64,000 bases of DNA from Nitrospirota bacterium. GTDB lineage: Bacteria > Nitrospirota > UBA9217. Where the stretch lies: contig CAWCKW010000003.1 of NCBI GenBank assembly GCA_963796285.1, forward strand, positions 290,128 through 354,127. The letters are read 5' to 3'. Made by a program: the position numbers and the translations under genes. This document shows positions 40,330-50,375 of this stretch, piece after piece (the first letter of the stretch is position 1; the number at the start of each line of letters is the position of its first letter). The notes under the pieces are model-generated. The model worked only from the letters and a program-made list of their open reading frames with translations, did no database searches and was not told where the DNA came from.

Positions 40330-41118
40330 ATGAACGCCGACGCATCACAATCCCTCAAAACCTGGTTCCTGAACTATGTACATTCGTGCGCCCTGTCGGT
40401 TCAGGAGGACCAGCGAAACATCGACATCAAGCAGGAGCACACGCACCGGGTCTGCCTGAACGCCGTGCGGATCGCAGAGGACCTGGGCCTGGATCAGCAG
40501 GAAACCCGGCTCGCCGAGGCCATCGCCCTTTTCCATGACGTCGGCAGATTTTCTCAATATCAGCAGTACAAGACCTTCGACGACAGCATCTCGGTCAATC
40601 ACGCGGTCCTTGGCGTGAAGCTGCTGGCAAAACACAACGTACTCCATGACCTGCCAAAGCATGACCAGGACATCATTGTCCGATCGATAACACTGCACAA
40701 TATCTTTTCTCTTCCCAATGGGCTCGACGAGAAATCCCTGCTCTTCGCCCGGCTCATCCGCGATGCGGACAAGCTCGATATCCTGCGGGTGGTGATCGAA
40801 TACTTCGAGCAGGACGAAGGGGATAGGGCTGAGGCGGTCGCGCTCGGACTGCCCGACCTGCCGGGCTATTCGCAGGCAGTCCTTGCCTGCCTGGCACGGG
40901 GTGAGCTCGCCAGAAAGGACGCACTCACGACCTTGAACGATTTCAAGCTGCTGCAATTGGCCTGGCTCTATGACATCAATTTCACGTGCTCCCTGCGGAT
41001 GGTTGAAGAGCGGGGCTACATTCGAACGCTTGCGGAAATGCTGCCCCGGAACGAGGAGATCGCCGGCGCGGTCGAGGTCGTAAGCAAATACGTAACTGGA
41101 AGGCTGACGATACGCTGA
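40330..41118 (+). CDS. HD-domain phosphohydrolase
   Basis: HTHRV, LFHDVGRF, RDADKLD. Confidence 0.88.
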   Translation: MNADASQSLKTWFLNYVHSCALSVQEDQRNIDIKQEHTHRVCLNAVRIAEDLGLDQQETRLAEAIALFHDVGRFSQYQQYKTFDDSISVNHAVLGVKLLAKHNVLHDLPKHDQDIIVRSITLHNIFSLPNGLDEKSLLFARLIRDADKLDILRVVIEYFEQDEGDRAEAVALGLPDLPGYSQAVLACLARGELARKDALTTLNDFKLLQLAWLYDINFTCSLRMVEERGYIRTLAEMLPRNEEIAGAVEVVSKYVTGRLTIR

Positions 41119-41266
41119 CCCGGTATTGCCTGGCCTTGTTTATCATAATAATTCGCTTTACTCAGCCCCCCATTATTTGGTAATATAAAAAAGAATTGCG
41201 GAAGGAAGCGGCTTTCACAGAGCTGGCAGAGCGCACAGATAAGATGAGAAAGCAGGAAAATAAGGA

Positions 41267-42568
41267 ATGAGAAATAACATCGTATCCATCGGTGCCGACG
41301 AACTGAAGTATGAGATTCGTGAGATCGTTGCTGTTGCCAAGGAATTCGGCAAGCTCGGCGTCGAAGTCATCTGGGAGAATATCGGCGACCCGGTGCAGAA
41401 GGGTGAAACGATCCCTGAGTGGATCAAGGACATCGTGGTTGCGGCGACGCGTGAAGACGCGACCTACGCCTATTCACCGACCAAGGGGCTCGAGGCGACC
41501 CGAGAGTTCCTGGCGCAACTCGCAAACAAGAACGGTAAGGTCAGGATCACGAAAGAGGACATCATCTTCTTCAACGGTCTTGGCGATGCGATCGGCAAGA
41601 TCTACGGCCGGCTTAAAAAAGAATACCGGGTGATCGGGCCGAGCCCTGCCTACAGCACGCACTCCTCGGCAGAAGCGTCACATGCGGGGTCGGAATACCT
41701 TTCCTACAACCTGGACCCGAAGAACCTGTGGTATCCCGACGTCGACGACCTCAGGATGAAGGTGAAGTACAATCCCGCGATCTCCGGAATCCTCATCATC
41801 AATCCCGACAATCCCACCGGCGCGGTCTATCCCAAGAAGATCCTGCAGGAAATCGTAGCCATCGCGAAGGAATTCGATCTCTTCATCGTCTGCGACGAGA
41901 TCTATACCAACATGGCCTACAATGGGAAAAAGGCGGTGCCGCTCGCCGAGGTGATCGGTGATGTGTGCGGCATCTCCATGAAGGGCATCTCAAAGGAGCT
42001 GCCGTGGCCGGGTTCGAGGTGCGGCTGGATCGAAGTCTATAACCAGAAGAACGACCCGGTCTTCACGAAATACGTGAAGAGCGTCCTGGACGACAAGATG
42101 CTCGAAGTCTGCTCCACCACTCTGCCTCAGACGGTAATACCGCGCATTCTCGGGGACAAGCGCTATCCCGCCAATGTTGAACAGAGGAACAAGAGGTATG
42201 AGAAGCGCTCCAACATCGCATACGATCTGCTCAAGGGCATCAAGGGGACCATCGTGAACAGGACGAACGGCGCATTCTATATGACCCTGATGTTCGAGGA
42301 CAATGCGCTGAACGGCAAGCAGTCCCTTCCGATAAAGGACAAAGCCGTTAAACAGCTGGTCGAAAAAATCACCAGCAGCGTGGCACTCGACAAGCGGTTC
42401 GTGTACTATCTTCTCGCCGCCACCGGAATCTGCGTCGTCCCGCTGACCGGGTTCAACTGCGATCTCAAAGGGTTCAGGGTCACACTCCTCGAATCGGACG
42501 ATGCCAAGTTCGAGCACATCTTCACGACCATCCGGGACAAGATCACCGAATATCTCGCAAGTGCATAG
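41267..42568 (+). CDS. Class I/II PLP aminotransferase (AlaA-like)
   Basis: NIGDP, NPDNPTG, DEIY, SKELPWPGSRCGW. Confidence 0.9.
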   Translation: MRNNIVSIGADELKYEIREIVAVAKEFGKLGVEVIWENIGDPVQKGETIPEWIKDIVVAATREDATYAYSPTKGLEATREFLAQLANKNGKVRITKEDIIFFNGLGDAIGKIYGRLKKEYRVIGPSPAYSTHSSAEASHAGSEYLSYNLDPKNLWYPDVDDLRMKVKYNPAISGILIINPDNPTGAVYPKKILQEIVAIAKEFDLFIVCDEIYTNMAYNGKKAVPLAEVIGDVCGISMKGISKELPWPGSRCGWIEVYNQKNDPVFTKYVKSVLDDKMLEVCSTTLPQTVIPRILGDKRYPANVEQRNKRYEKRSNIAYDLLKGIKGTIVNRTNGAFYMTLMFEDNALNGKQSLPIKDKAVKQLVEKITSSVALDKRFVYYLLAATGICVVPLTGFNCDLKGFRVTLLESDDAKFEHIFTTIRDKITEYLASA

Positions 42569-42584
42569 CCTCTCCCCCGGCAAG

Positions 42585-43148
42585 TCAATGCGGCTGTTTT
42601 TCGAAGAGTGGCAGATATTTCCCATACCCCTCTTTCACCAGGTCTTCCTGGGGAATGAACCTGAGTGACGCCGAGTTCATGCAGTAACGCAGACCCGTCG
42701 GTTTGGGGCCGTCATTGAAAACGTGGCCCAAGTGCGATTCCGCATGCTTGCTCCGGACCTCTGTCCGAACAGAAAACAAACCCCGATCCTCTTTCTCCAC
42801 GATATTACCCGGTTCCATGGGTCTGGTGAAGCTCGGCCAGCCGGTTCCTGAATCGTATTTATCGATCGAGCTGAACAGAGGTTCGCCGGATACGATATCC
42901 ACGTAGATCCCAGGTCTTTTATTGGCATTATACTCGTTATTGAACGGCTGTTCCGTGCCTTCCTGCTGCGTCACCTTGTACTGCAGGGGTGTAAGCTTTT
43001 TCTTCAATTCCTCTTGAGATGGTTTCATAAAGGTTTTCTCCATAACTTTCGCTTTTCCGTCCTGCTGATCGCTACCGGCATAAGCAGGCACACCGACAAG
43101 TATCAACAGCGGAAGGATCATGAAACCTAATACTTTTTTTCTTAACAT
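42585..43148 (-). CDS. msrB: Exported peptide-methionine (R)-S-oxide reductase
   Basis: Signal peptide. [24 protein letters not shown]. Confidence 0.95.
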   Translation of the reverse strand: MLRKKVLGFMILPLLILVGVPAYAGSDQQDGKAKVMEKTFMKPSQEELKKKLTPLQYKVTQQEGTEQPFNNEYNANKRPGIYVDIVSGEPLFSSIDKYDSGTGWPSFTRPMEPGNIVEKEDRGLFSVRTEVRSKHAESHLGHVFNDGPKPTGLRYCMNSASLRFIPQEDLVKEGYGKYLPLFEKQPH

Positions 43149-43319
43149 GGCCTTTTCCTTCCTTTCCTACCTATATTATACACCCGGAGAAGAAGCGGGG
43201 GGACTTTTTATCGGATGAATGTCATCCCGTATTAACGTTTCCATCGTCGTTGCAATGTATTACCGGCAGCCGGTACCATACCCCTGCTCTATCAGCGTAA
43301 TAAACAAGAGGTATAACCC

Positions 43320-43628
43320 ATGAGCATCCGCATAAAAGTCTTTTCCGACACTATCTGACCCTTCTGCTACATCCGCATGGGCATTGCCGACAAGCTGAAG
43401 AAGGAATTTGGCCTCTCCGTGGAATGGAACGGCAGGTTCGATCAGTTCCACAGCGCACACTTTCGGACATATTTTTCAGGGGGCATGGATATCAGCAGCC
43501 TCGAGGTGTTGACGCAGATAGGCAATGAGTCGGGCCTGGATCGGGATGCCCTTGTGCAGGTTCTGCAAACAGGGAGATACCGGCCAAGGATCGAAAATAT
43601 CTGCAAAGAGAGGGCCCGACTGGAATGA
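43320..43628 (+). pseudogene. Degenerate DsbA/FrnE-family oxidoreductase with in-frame TGA (UPFC, probable selenocysteine)
   Basis: ATG at 43320: MSIRIKVFSDTI-TGA(43356)-PFCYIRMG. The frame continues into ORF 43377..43628. It is about half the usual length. Confidence 0.7.
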
Positions 43629-43686
43629 CAGGGATTTCCGGAGGGATCGTCGGGTCAATAACCAAGATTGAACCGGCAACAAAGAG

Positions 43687-43715
43687 AAGGCCCCCCGGAC
43701 AAGCCGGAGGGCCTT
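43687..43715 (-). terminator. Terminator hairpin after the small lipoprotein
   Basis: AAGGCCCCCCGG/CCGGAGGGCCTT with a pyrimidine tail on the minus strand. Confidence 0.6.
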
Positions 43716-43737
43716 GGGTGGTTTGCTTGCTGGAATG

Positions 43738-43911
43738 CTACTTCATTCCAGGTGTTGCCGCAGGCATTGTCGAGGTTGACATAGATGCAGGAGTTGTCGG
43801 GGTCATAGACGACTGTTCCGCAGGCTTCGGGGCCTCCTGCTTCTGGCAGCCAGCAAAAGCAAAGACCGCGGCTACTGCCAGGACTGCTATAATTGCACTG
43901 ATCTTCTTCAC
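43738..43911 (-). CDS. Small 57-aa lipoprotein with P/T/S-rich disordered tail
   Basis: Below the ORF-track cutoff. GTG start with AAAGGGGG SD: MKKISAIIAVLAVAAVFAFAGCQKQEAPKPAEQSSMTPTTPASMSTSTMPAATPGMK. Confidence 0.8.
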   Translation of the reverse strand: MKKISAIIAVLAVAAVFAFAGCQKQEAPKPAEQSSMTPTTPASMSTSTMPAATPGMK

Positions 43912-44287
43912 GTTAATTCACCCCCTTTCTTCTCATGAGAGTAAATGCAGCGCGCTTGTCACAATAAGATAAATTGGATGAAAAACGCACTACAGCAATG
44001 ATGACTTTTTGAGTATCGTGGGCCCACAACGGGATCAGCCCAGCCTGTGAATAGGTAGATCAGGTCCGCAGCATCAACACAAAACGGCAGAATTATATTC
44101 CTTTTCTTGAAAAAATCAACTGAATAAAAATCGAACGTAAAAAACACTTTTTTTCATTGTTTAGAATGGAAACGACATACGACATCGACCAAGGATTCAT
44201 CGGGAGTTGTCCTCGCAATAGCTATCAGAAATCACAATTGTACCTCTATCCTCCCCAACACGGTTTTTCTGTTCTTCATTAAATCCC

Positions 44288-44316
44288 TTGACAGAAGCTA
44301 ACGGTATAGGTATAAA
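44288..44316 (+). promoter_or_regulatory. sigma70-type promoter upstream of htpG
   Basis: TTGACA-17-TATAAA. Confidence 0.55.
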
Positions 44317-44426
44317 GTGTCTTTTGAAAACCCTGCCGTTTTTGTATCTCTCTGCAGTCTGTGGGCCGTGCGTCTAACGTCCATCAAGCTGCTGACGTAC
44401 ATTTAATCACATCATGAGGTGGACCG

Positions 44427-46334
44427 ATGGCTGCTGAAAAAATGGAATTCAAGACGGAAGTAAAAGAGCTGCTGGATCTCATGATCCACTCCCTCTATTC
44501 GCACAAGGAGATCTTCCTGAGGGAGCTGATCTCGAATGCCTCCGATGCCATAGACAAGGCGCGCCACGAATCGCTCACAAACAAGGACGTCCTGGCGAAC
44601 ACGGGTGAATGGAAGATCAAGATCATCGTCGACAAAACAGCAGGCACGCTGACGATCAGCGACAACGGCATTGGCATGACCCATGATGAGGTGATCGCGG
44701 AGCTCGGGACCATCGCGCATTCGGGCACGAGGGATTTCCTGCGGGCGCTCCAGAGCAAGGCATTGAAGGACAAGCCCGAGCTCATCGGGCAGTTCGGCGT
44801 CGGGTTCTACTCATCCTTCATGGTCGCCGACAAGGTCGTCGTGGTAACCCGGAAAGCGACGGAGATGACGAACAAGGCCGTCAAATGGGAATCCACCGCC
44901 GACGGGTCGTTCATCATCGACGAAGCGGAAAAGGCGCGGGCCGGCACCGACGTGGTCCTCCATCTCAAGTCAGAGGACAAGCAGTACCTGAACGAATGGG
45001 AGATCAGGTCGATTGTCAGGAAATACTCCGATTACATCGCCCATCCCGTGGTCATGGACATAGAGCAGGAAAAAGAAGATCCGGCGGACAAAAGCAAAAA
45101 GATCAAGGTCACGGAAGAAGAGACCATGAATGCGGGAAAGGCCATCTGGCTCAAAGACCAGTCGGAAATAACGGCCGAGGAATACAACGATTTTTACAAG
45201 CATATATCCCACGATTTCGGCGAACCGGCAAAGGTCATCCATTACCGCGCCGAGGGCACGTCGGAGTTCACTGCGCTGCTCTACCTCCCTGCAAAGGCGC
45301 CCTACGGGATCTTGTATAAGGACTACAAGATCGGCCCGACCCTCTATGTCAAGCGGGTCCAGATCATGGACCACTGCGAACAGCTCATTCCCGAATATCT
45401 CCGCTTTGTGAAGGGAGTGGTCGACTCCTCTGATCTTCCGCTGAACGTATCGCGCGAGATCCTGCAGTCCAACAAGCATGTCGAGGTCATCAAAAAGAAC
45501 ATTACCAGGAAAGTGCTCGATACCCTTGGGGACATGAAAAAGAACACCTATGACGCCTATGTCACCTTTTATGCGGAATTCGGCAGGGTCCTGAAAGAAG
45601 GCATCCATTTCGATTTTTCCCGGAAAGAGCAGATCGCCGATCTGCTGCTGTTCCCTTCAACAAAAACGGAGCCGGGGAAATACACGACCCTTGACGACTA
45701 CGTGAAGAACATGCCGATCGCGCAGGCAGAGATCTATTACATCACCGGCAGGCCTGATGAGAATGTCATGCACTCGCCCTACCTCGAGGTGTTCCGCGAG
45801 AAGGGATACGAGGTCCTGATCATGACCGATGATATCGATGACTTCATCATGCTTGATCTTCAGGAGTACAAGGGCAAAAAGATAAAATCGGTCATCAAAG
45901 GGGATATCAGTCTCGATAAGACTGAACAGGCGGACAAGGACAGATCAAAAGAGAAATTCGGGAAGTTGCTCGGCATGATAAAAGAGCAGTTAAAGAACGA
46001 GGTAAAAGATGTGCGCCTGTCGGGCAGGCTCAAGGACTCTGCCTGTTGCCTTGTTGCCGACGAAGGTGAGCTTGATGCCCAGATGGAGAAACTGCTTAAG
46101 TCCATGGGACAGGAGGTGCCGTCTAACAAAAGGATCCTCGAGATCAACGCGAACCATAAGGTTTTCGAGGCCATGAACAACCTGATCAGCATGGGCAGCA
46201 AGGACGAGCTCTTAAAAGAATATATCGACCTGCTGTACAACCAGGCGCTTCTGCTCGAAGGCTCGAAACTCAAGGACCCTGCTGAGTTTGCGAAGTCCGT
46301 AGCAAAGCTTATGTCGGAAAACGTACGGCAGTAA
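44427..46334 (+). CDS. htpG: Hsp90 chaperone
   Basis: YSHKEIFLRELISNASDA, IGQFGVGFYS, DLPLNVSRE, LEIN. Confidence 0.97.
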   Translation: MAAEKMEFKTEVKELLDLMIHSLYSHKEIFLRELISNASDAIDKARHESLTNKDVLANTGEWKIKIIVDKTAGTLTISDNGIGMTHDEVIAELGTIAHSGTRDFLRALQSKALKDKPELIGQFGVGFYSSFMVADKVVVVTRKATEMTNKAVKWESTADGSFIIDEAEKARAGTDVVLHLKSEDKQYLNEWEIRSIVRKYSDYIAHPVVMDIEQEKEDPADKSKKIKVTEEETMNAGKAIWLKDQSEITAEEYNDFYKHISHDFGEPAKVIHYRAEGTSEFTALLYLPAKAPYGILYKDYKIGPTLYVKRVQIMDHCEQLIPEYLRFVKGVVDSSDLPLNVSREILQSNKHVEVIKKNITRKVLDTLGDMKKNTYDAYVTFYAEFGRVLKEGIHFDFSRKEQIADLLLFPSTKTEPGKYTTLDDYVKNMPIAQAEIYYITGRPDENVMHSPYLEVFREKGYEVLIMTDDIDDFIMLDLQEYKGKKIKSVIKGDISLDKTEQADKDRSKEKFGKLLGMIKEQLKNEVKDVRLSGRLKDSACCLVADEGELDAQMEKLLKSMGQEVPSNKRILEINANHKVFEAMNNLISMGSKDELLKEYIDLLYNQALLLEGSKLKDPAEFAKSVAKLMSENVRQ

Positions 46335-46432
46335 CCGCTGCAGGGCCGGACGCTGCCGACAGGCCATCAGGCACAAAAGACCCAATATGCTAAGCACTGC
46401 AGATGTGAGCTGAACTCAGCTCAGTTAGAGCT

Positions 46433-46615
46433 TCAGGTGGGGCCGCAGTTCAAGGAGCAGACCTTCGCAGCGGTTGCCTCGTCTTCGAGAAAATGACACT
46501 TTTTGTACTTCTTCCCGCTTCCACACCAGCAGGGCTCGTTCCTGCCCGGTTTTACCGCGACAGCGTTCGCTTCTTTGCCCTTCAACAGGCCCACGACTCG
46601 GTCAAACAAACCCAT
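46433..46615 (-). CDS. SEC-C motif protein
   Basis: [18 protein letters not shown] with AGGAGG SD. Confidence 0.85.
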   Translation of the reverse strand: MGLFDRVVGLLKGKEANAVAVKPGRNEPCWCGSGKKYKKCHFLEDEATAAKVCSLNCGPT

Positions 46616-46785
46616 ACTTCCTCCTGCATAAGACTTTTGTGAGTTACGTATGATAACAAATTATCAACCATTTATCCACTGAATTTTGCTCGGGTTGACT
46701 CGGTCTTACTTGACTTCATCTGCAACGTCTGATATGTTTGGTCTCACGAAAACGACACCACAGCGAATTGCCAAGGAGATGCTCC

Positions 46786-47409
46786 ATGCTGCCCGATGCT
46801 GCTGTTTTCCTCCGGAATGAAACCCTGAGAACGATCAAGGACCGCCACAGCGTCAGGACCTTCACTAGGGACGATGTGACCGACGAAGAGATCTCGCTTC
46901 TGCTGCAAGCGGCAAACGCGGCGCCATCGGCCCACAACCAGCAGGCTTGGCGGTTCATCATCCTCCGCGGCGAGAAGAAACAAGAACTGGCGCAGCTCGT
47001 GACCACTCGATCCGTTGCGTTTCCCCGGCCGGCCGCGGCACTCCTCCGGATGGGAGCGAAGAGCATCCTCTCGGCGCCGGTGGTCATTGCCGTAGCGAAC
47101 ACGGGGGACCTCATCAAACACGGGACCGAGCTCTTCAAGGTGGAAAAGGAAACGGCCCACGATTTCTTCCGTACCATGGAGATCCAGAGCTCGGCCGCTG
47201 CGGTCGAGAACCTCCTGCTCGCCGCCACCTCCCTCGGCCTCGGCACAGTCTGGCTCGGCGTGCTCTATCTGATCAAGGATGAAGTGCTCCGCTTCCTCGG
47301 CGAGCCCGGAGGTGAATTCATGGCCGTGGTCCCCGTAGGCCATCCGGCCAAGGTCAGCTGCGGACCAACGAAGCAGCCGGTTGAGATGAAGATTCGATCG
47401 TTGAGCTGA
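46786..47409 (+). CDS. Nitroreductase family protein
   Basis: RHSVR, APSAHNQQAW, ENLLLAATSLGLGTVW. AAGGAG SD before ATG 46786. Confidence 0.9.
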   Translation: MLPDAAVFLRNETLRTIKDRHSVRTFTRDDVTDEEISLLLQAANAAPSAHNQQAWRFIILRGEKKQELAQLVTTRSVAFPRPAAALLRMGAKSILSAPVVIAVANTGDLIKHGTELFKVEKETAHDFFRTMEIQSSAAAVENLLLAATSLGLGTVWLGVLYLIKDEVLRFLGEPGGEFMAVVPVGHPAKVSCGPTKQPVEMKIRSLS

Positions 47410-47548
47410 ATTGCGAAGTGCCTCCGGCGCTGATCCAGCCATGAAAAATCTTGATATTTTTTTGCTCGCTTCTAATGTTGTTCTTTGCTACAATGGATCA
47501 ATTTCTATGTGCCGGTAGTAATTCTAGAGCATAATCTGGAGGTGATGG

Positions 47549-47866
47549 ATGGAATCGGAACTGTTATTTGCGGATGTTATCGAGGATTTGCTCAGAGCAA
47601 AAAAAAATGGTGCCCTGTATGTCGCTGTCGTCGAAACCAGCGAAGATCTCATCCGGATGTATTTCAAGGATGGGCAGATATATCACCTCCGGTATGGAAC
47701 GGCCCTTGGCAATGACTGTCTGGACATCCTTGAATACTACAATCTCTATAGTGCCACGTTTTTTGAGGGAATAAAAGCACCGGATAAACCTGCCACGGAC
47801 CTCCCCTCGACTGATAAGATCATGGCGAGGATCAAACTCATGAACAAGAAGATCAAAGTAAAATAG
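47549..47866 (+). CDS. Hypothetical protein (DUF4388/PATAN-like)
   Basis: GGAGG SD. G.L.V....RMYFKDGQIYH pattern. Confidence 0.65.
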   Translation: MESELLFADVIEDLLRAKKNGALYVAVVETSEDLIRMYFKDGQIYHLRYGTALGNDCLDILEYYNLYSATFFEGIKAPDKPATDLPSTDKIMARIKLMNKKIKVK

Positions 47867-48390
47867 AGTGTAATGTTGCCGTTTGCGTCAACCTTGTGAT
47901 CTTGCACCCGGTAGTCATCAAGAATGGCTGCTTCTTCGACCCGAACTACTTGCGCAGGGAGCCAGCTGCAACGTGCAATATTTATTCGATACACTCGTGA
48001 ACCAACTTCCTTCCTGTGTTTATCCTCTTTCGCAATTATGTCAAACGTTCTCTGAGATTCGAAGATGCAAGTATGCAACCCAGAGGGCACTGAGGAATAC
48101 ATGGGGAAAAATGGTGTGAAGACAAAACTGTCACAAGGTATTCGATTCGTCAGAGAGAGATGGTACAGCCCAACTTTTCGCTTCGAAGGAAGCGGCAAAA
48201 CCGCGCCGCTGAGCCTCGGGATTATGCTGCTGACAACGGGAAAATTGTTATTTAGCGCATTCTTGAAATCAATCTAGTTTTAAGTGTACGCTGCAGCCTG
48301 CCATGGCCTGCTATGGGTCGTCAACCCCATCCTGCTACTCGCCTCCCTCTGGGCAGGTTGATTGATGACAACCTACCAGATAATTTTCAT

Positions 48391-48424
48391 AAAAAAGGGA
48401 CATCCTTTACGAACAGGATGTCCC
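48391..48424 (-). terminator. Terminator downstream of the cytochrome gene
   Basis: GGGACATCCT/AGGATGTCCC followed by TTTTTT on the minus strand. Confidence 0.8.
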
Positions 48425-48574
48425 AAATAATTATTGATAGTCCCTACTTACTTTACGACAGCCAATTGCCTCGGCTTGTACGGTTGCGCTGTCCAAGTAC
48501 TAACGCCTTCTGCCGAAGTTGTTGTTCTCAACAACTGGTGCAGCGCCGCACGAAGGCGCAGGTTCAGGCCGCTG

Positions 48575-50081
48575 TTAAGGAAGTGCTGCCAGGAAATCTG
48601 CATAATTCTGGGCGGTTGTGCCAGACGCCAGTGAGGCGCCCTTCCCGACCATACTGTTGACCGTCGATAGCCAACTGCTTGCAGTCCGTCCGGTAACAGT
48701 GTACCCGCCGGATTTGAATACGGTGGTGTTCACCGTGAGGCCGTGGCAACCTGTACATGACGAGGTTACGTTAGCCTTCGTAACCGTCGATGACGTGCAG
48801 GACTGTGACAAAGCAGCAGGAGTTCCTCCGGTGCAGCCTGTGGGAGTCGACGTAGCTATTGTCCTGGTCTGCGTACCGTTAGTGCATGTTCCCCAGCCAG
48901 AGTACGTGAACGAGGTGCAGGTTGACGTGCAGGACTGTGACAAAGCAGCAGGAGTTCCTCCGGTGCAGCCTGTGGGAGTCGACGTAGCTATTGTCCTGGT
49001 CTGCGTACCGTTAGTGCATGTTCCCCAGCCAGAGTACGTGAACGAAGTGCAGCTCGTGACCGGCGGGACATAGGTGCACGCCTGAGACAGTATGGGTGTC
49101 CCTGTACAACCCGCAGGAGACGATGTTGCCGTTCTGGTCTGCGTGTTGTTTGACTGGCAAGCACCCCAGGCGGAGTAATTGTAGGTGCAGGCCGAGGGAG
49201 TTGGCGGTACATAGGTGCAGGCCTGTGACACGACCGGTGTCCCCGTACAGCCCGAGGGAGTCGATGTCAGCATCGACCTGAGCTGCGTGCTGTCCGACTG
49301 GCATACACCCCAATCAGAGTAGGTGTATGTGCATGCGGTCGTACCACCCGGCCCGGCAGGCATGTTATCCGGGTAGAAGGTTCCAGAGGCAAGATCCTTG
49401 AGAGAACCTGAAAAGATAATACCACCGGTTGCCTTATTCGTTACCGTTACGGTGCCATTGCGTCACTTTAAACGACACGTCGCGGAGCAGCGCACGAAGT
49501 CCGCTGCTGCTGTGTTCGTTATCGTCACCTTCATCGTCGGTGACCGGATTCCCCGAAACCTGATACAGCGCAAACAGGGGCGCCAGCACGGTGCGCAGGC
49601 TGTCAATGACTTCTGTAAATTTGTCCGAGGTCCTGTTGTGCTCATAGTTATTGAACCGCGAGTAGAGGATACTCCCATCGGTATTCTGGTCATCCGCTGC
49701 TGCAGCTACAGCCGTATCCGATACCTGGTTGATGTTGGCACGTCCGCTGTTTGTCGATAAGGAATACAGAACAGTATTCACTCCTGCCTGGTCGGTCCCC
49801 GAGGCCTTGAGCACGAAAGGCGCCGTGAGTCCGCTCACGTCGGCAGTGTAAGATCCGTTGCTGCTGATCGCAACCGTTTTTTCCTGCGGCGTCGCAGAAG
49901 AATCCTTCACGGAAACTGTACTGTTAGTAGTTGTGGCCAGTGATGCGACACCGTAAACCGTTGATTGAGAAGTATTTGTTCCTGAAGATGCTGTCGGTGA
50001 ATTTGCGGAACCGCAACCGCTCACTATGAAGATCAAAGTAACCGCGAAGAATAAGAGTGTATTGGTGAAGTTTTTACTCAT
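48575..50081 (-). CDS. Lipoprotein c-type cytochrome with four thrombospondin-1-like Cys repeats, split by a 1-nt frameshift near 49463
   Basis: Lipobox VSGC. Removing one base joins ..DVSFKV to RNGTVTVTNKATGG..DNMPAG. Four C-x-Y/F-x-YSxWGxC..Q.R..GC..C repeats and a C-terminal CTGCH heme site. Confidence 0.8.
48791..49052. repeat. 132-bp tandem duplication (two copies) encoding TSP1-like repeats 3 and 4
   Basis: TGACGTGCAGGACTGTGACAAAG starts at 48791 and 48923. The copies are near-identical, with one mismatch seen at 49046. Confidence 0.9.
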
Positions 50082-50261
50082 CGTCCATTTTCTCCTTATT
50101 GTTTAATTTCTTGTGCCCTGCGAACACAAGTCATGCAGTCCTGCTTGCATCCGTCTCTTCTTCACCTCTCGCCTTGTCTGCTAAATAAGGCAAGAGGTTG
50201 TTTCATGGCACTACCTGCCGGCATCACCTCCTGACACGCTGTCGATAGACTATGTTAAATA

Positions 50262-50310
50262 CAAAAAGCCGGGCTGCCGAAATATTCCCTGATATTTCGG
50301 CAGCCCGGCT
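50262..50310 (-). terminator. Riboswitch expression-platform terminator
   Basis: AGCCGGGCTGCCGAAATAT/ATATTTCGGCAGCCCGGCT followed by TTTT. The 5' arm is the aptamer 3' end. Confidence 0.9.
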
Positions 50311-50375
50311 GTCTCATGGAGATCCTGAAGGCTTTCCGCCCCACCCTCGCGGATGGTTGAGTATTATCGTCTATC
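50291..50375 (-). ncRNA. GEMM-I (c-di-GMP-I family) riboswitch, c-AMP-GMP-type (GEMM-Ib) variant
   Basis: GAUAGACGAUAAUACUCAACCAUCCGCGAGGGUGGGGCGGAAAGCCUUCAGGAUCUCCAUGAGACAGCCGGGCUGCCGAAAUAUC has a GCGA tetraloop P2, the GGAAAGCC junction and A at the G20-equivalent position. Confidence 0.92.

Noticed and set aside
41198-41213. GGAAGGAAGCGGC resembling the SRP RNA loop
   Set aside because: The upstream CAGG strand and the long enclosing helix are absent.
48791-49052. Possible CRISPR array
   Set aside because: It is an in-frame coding tandem repeat with no spacers, and there are no cas genes in the window.
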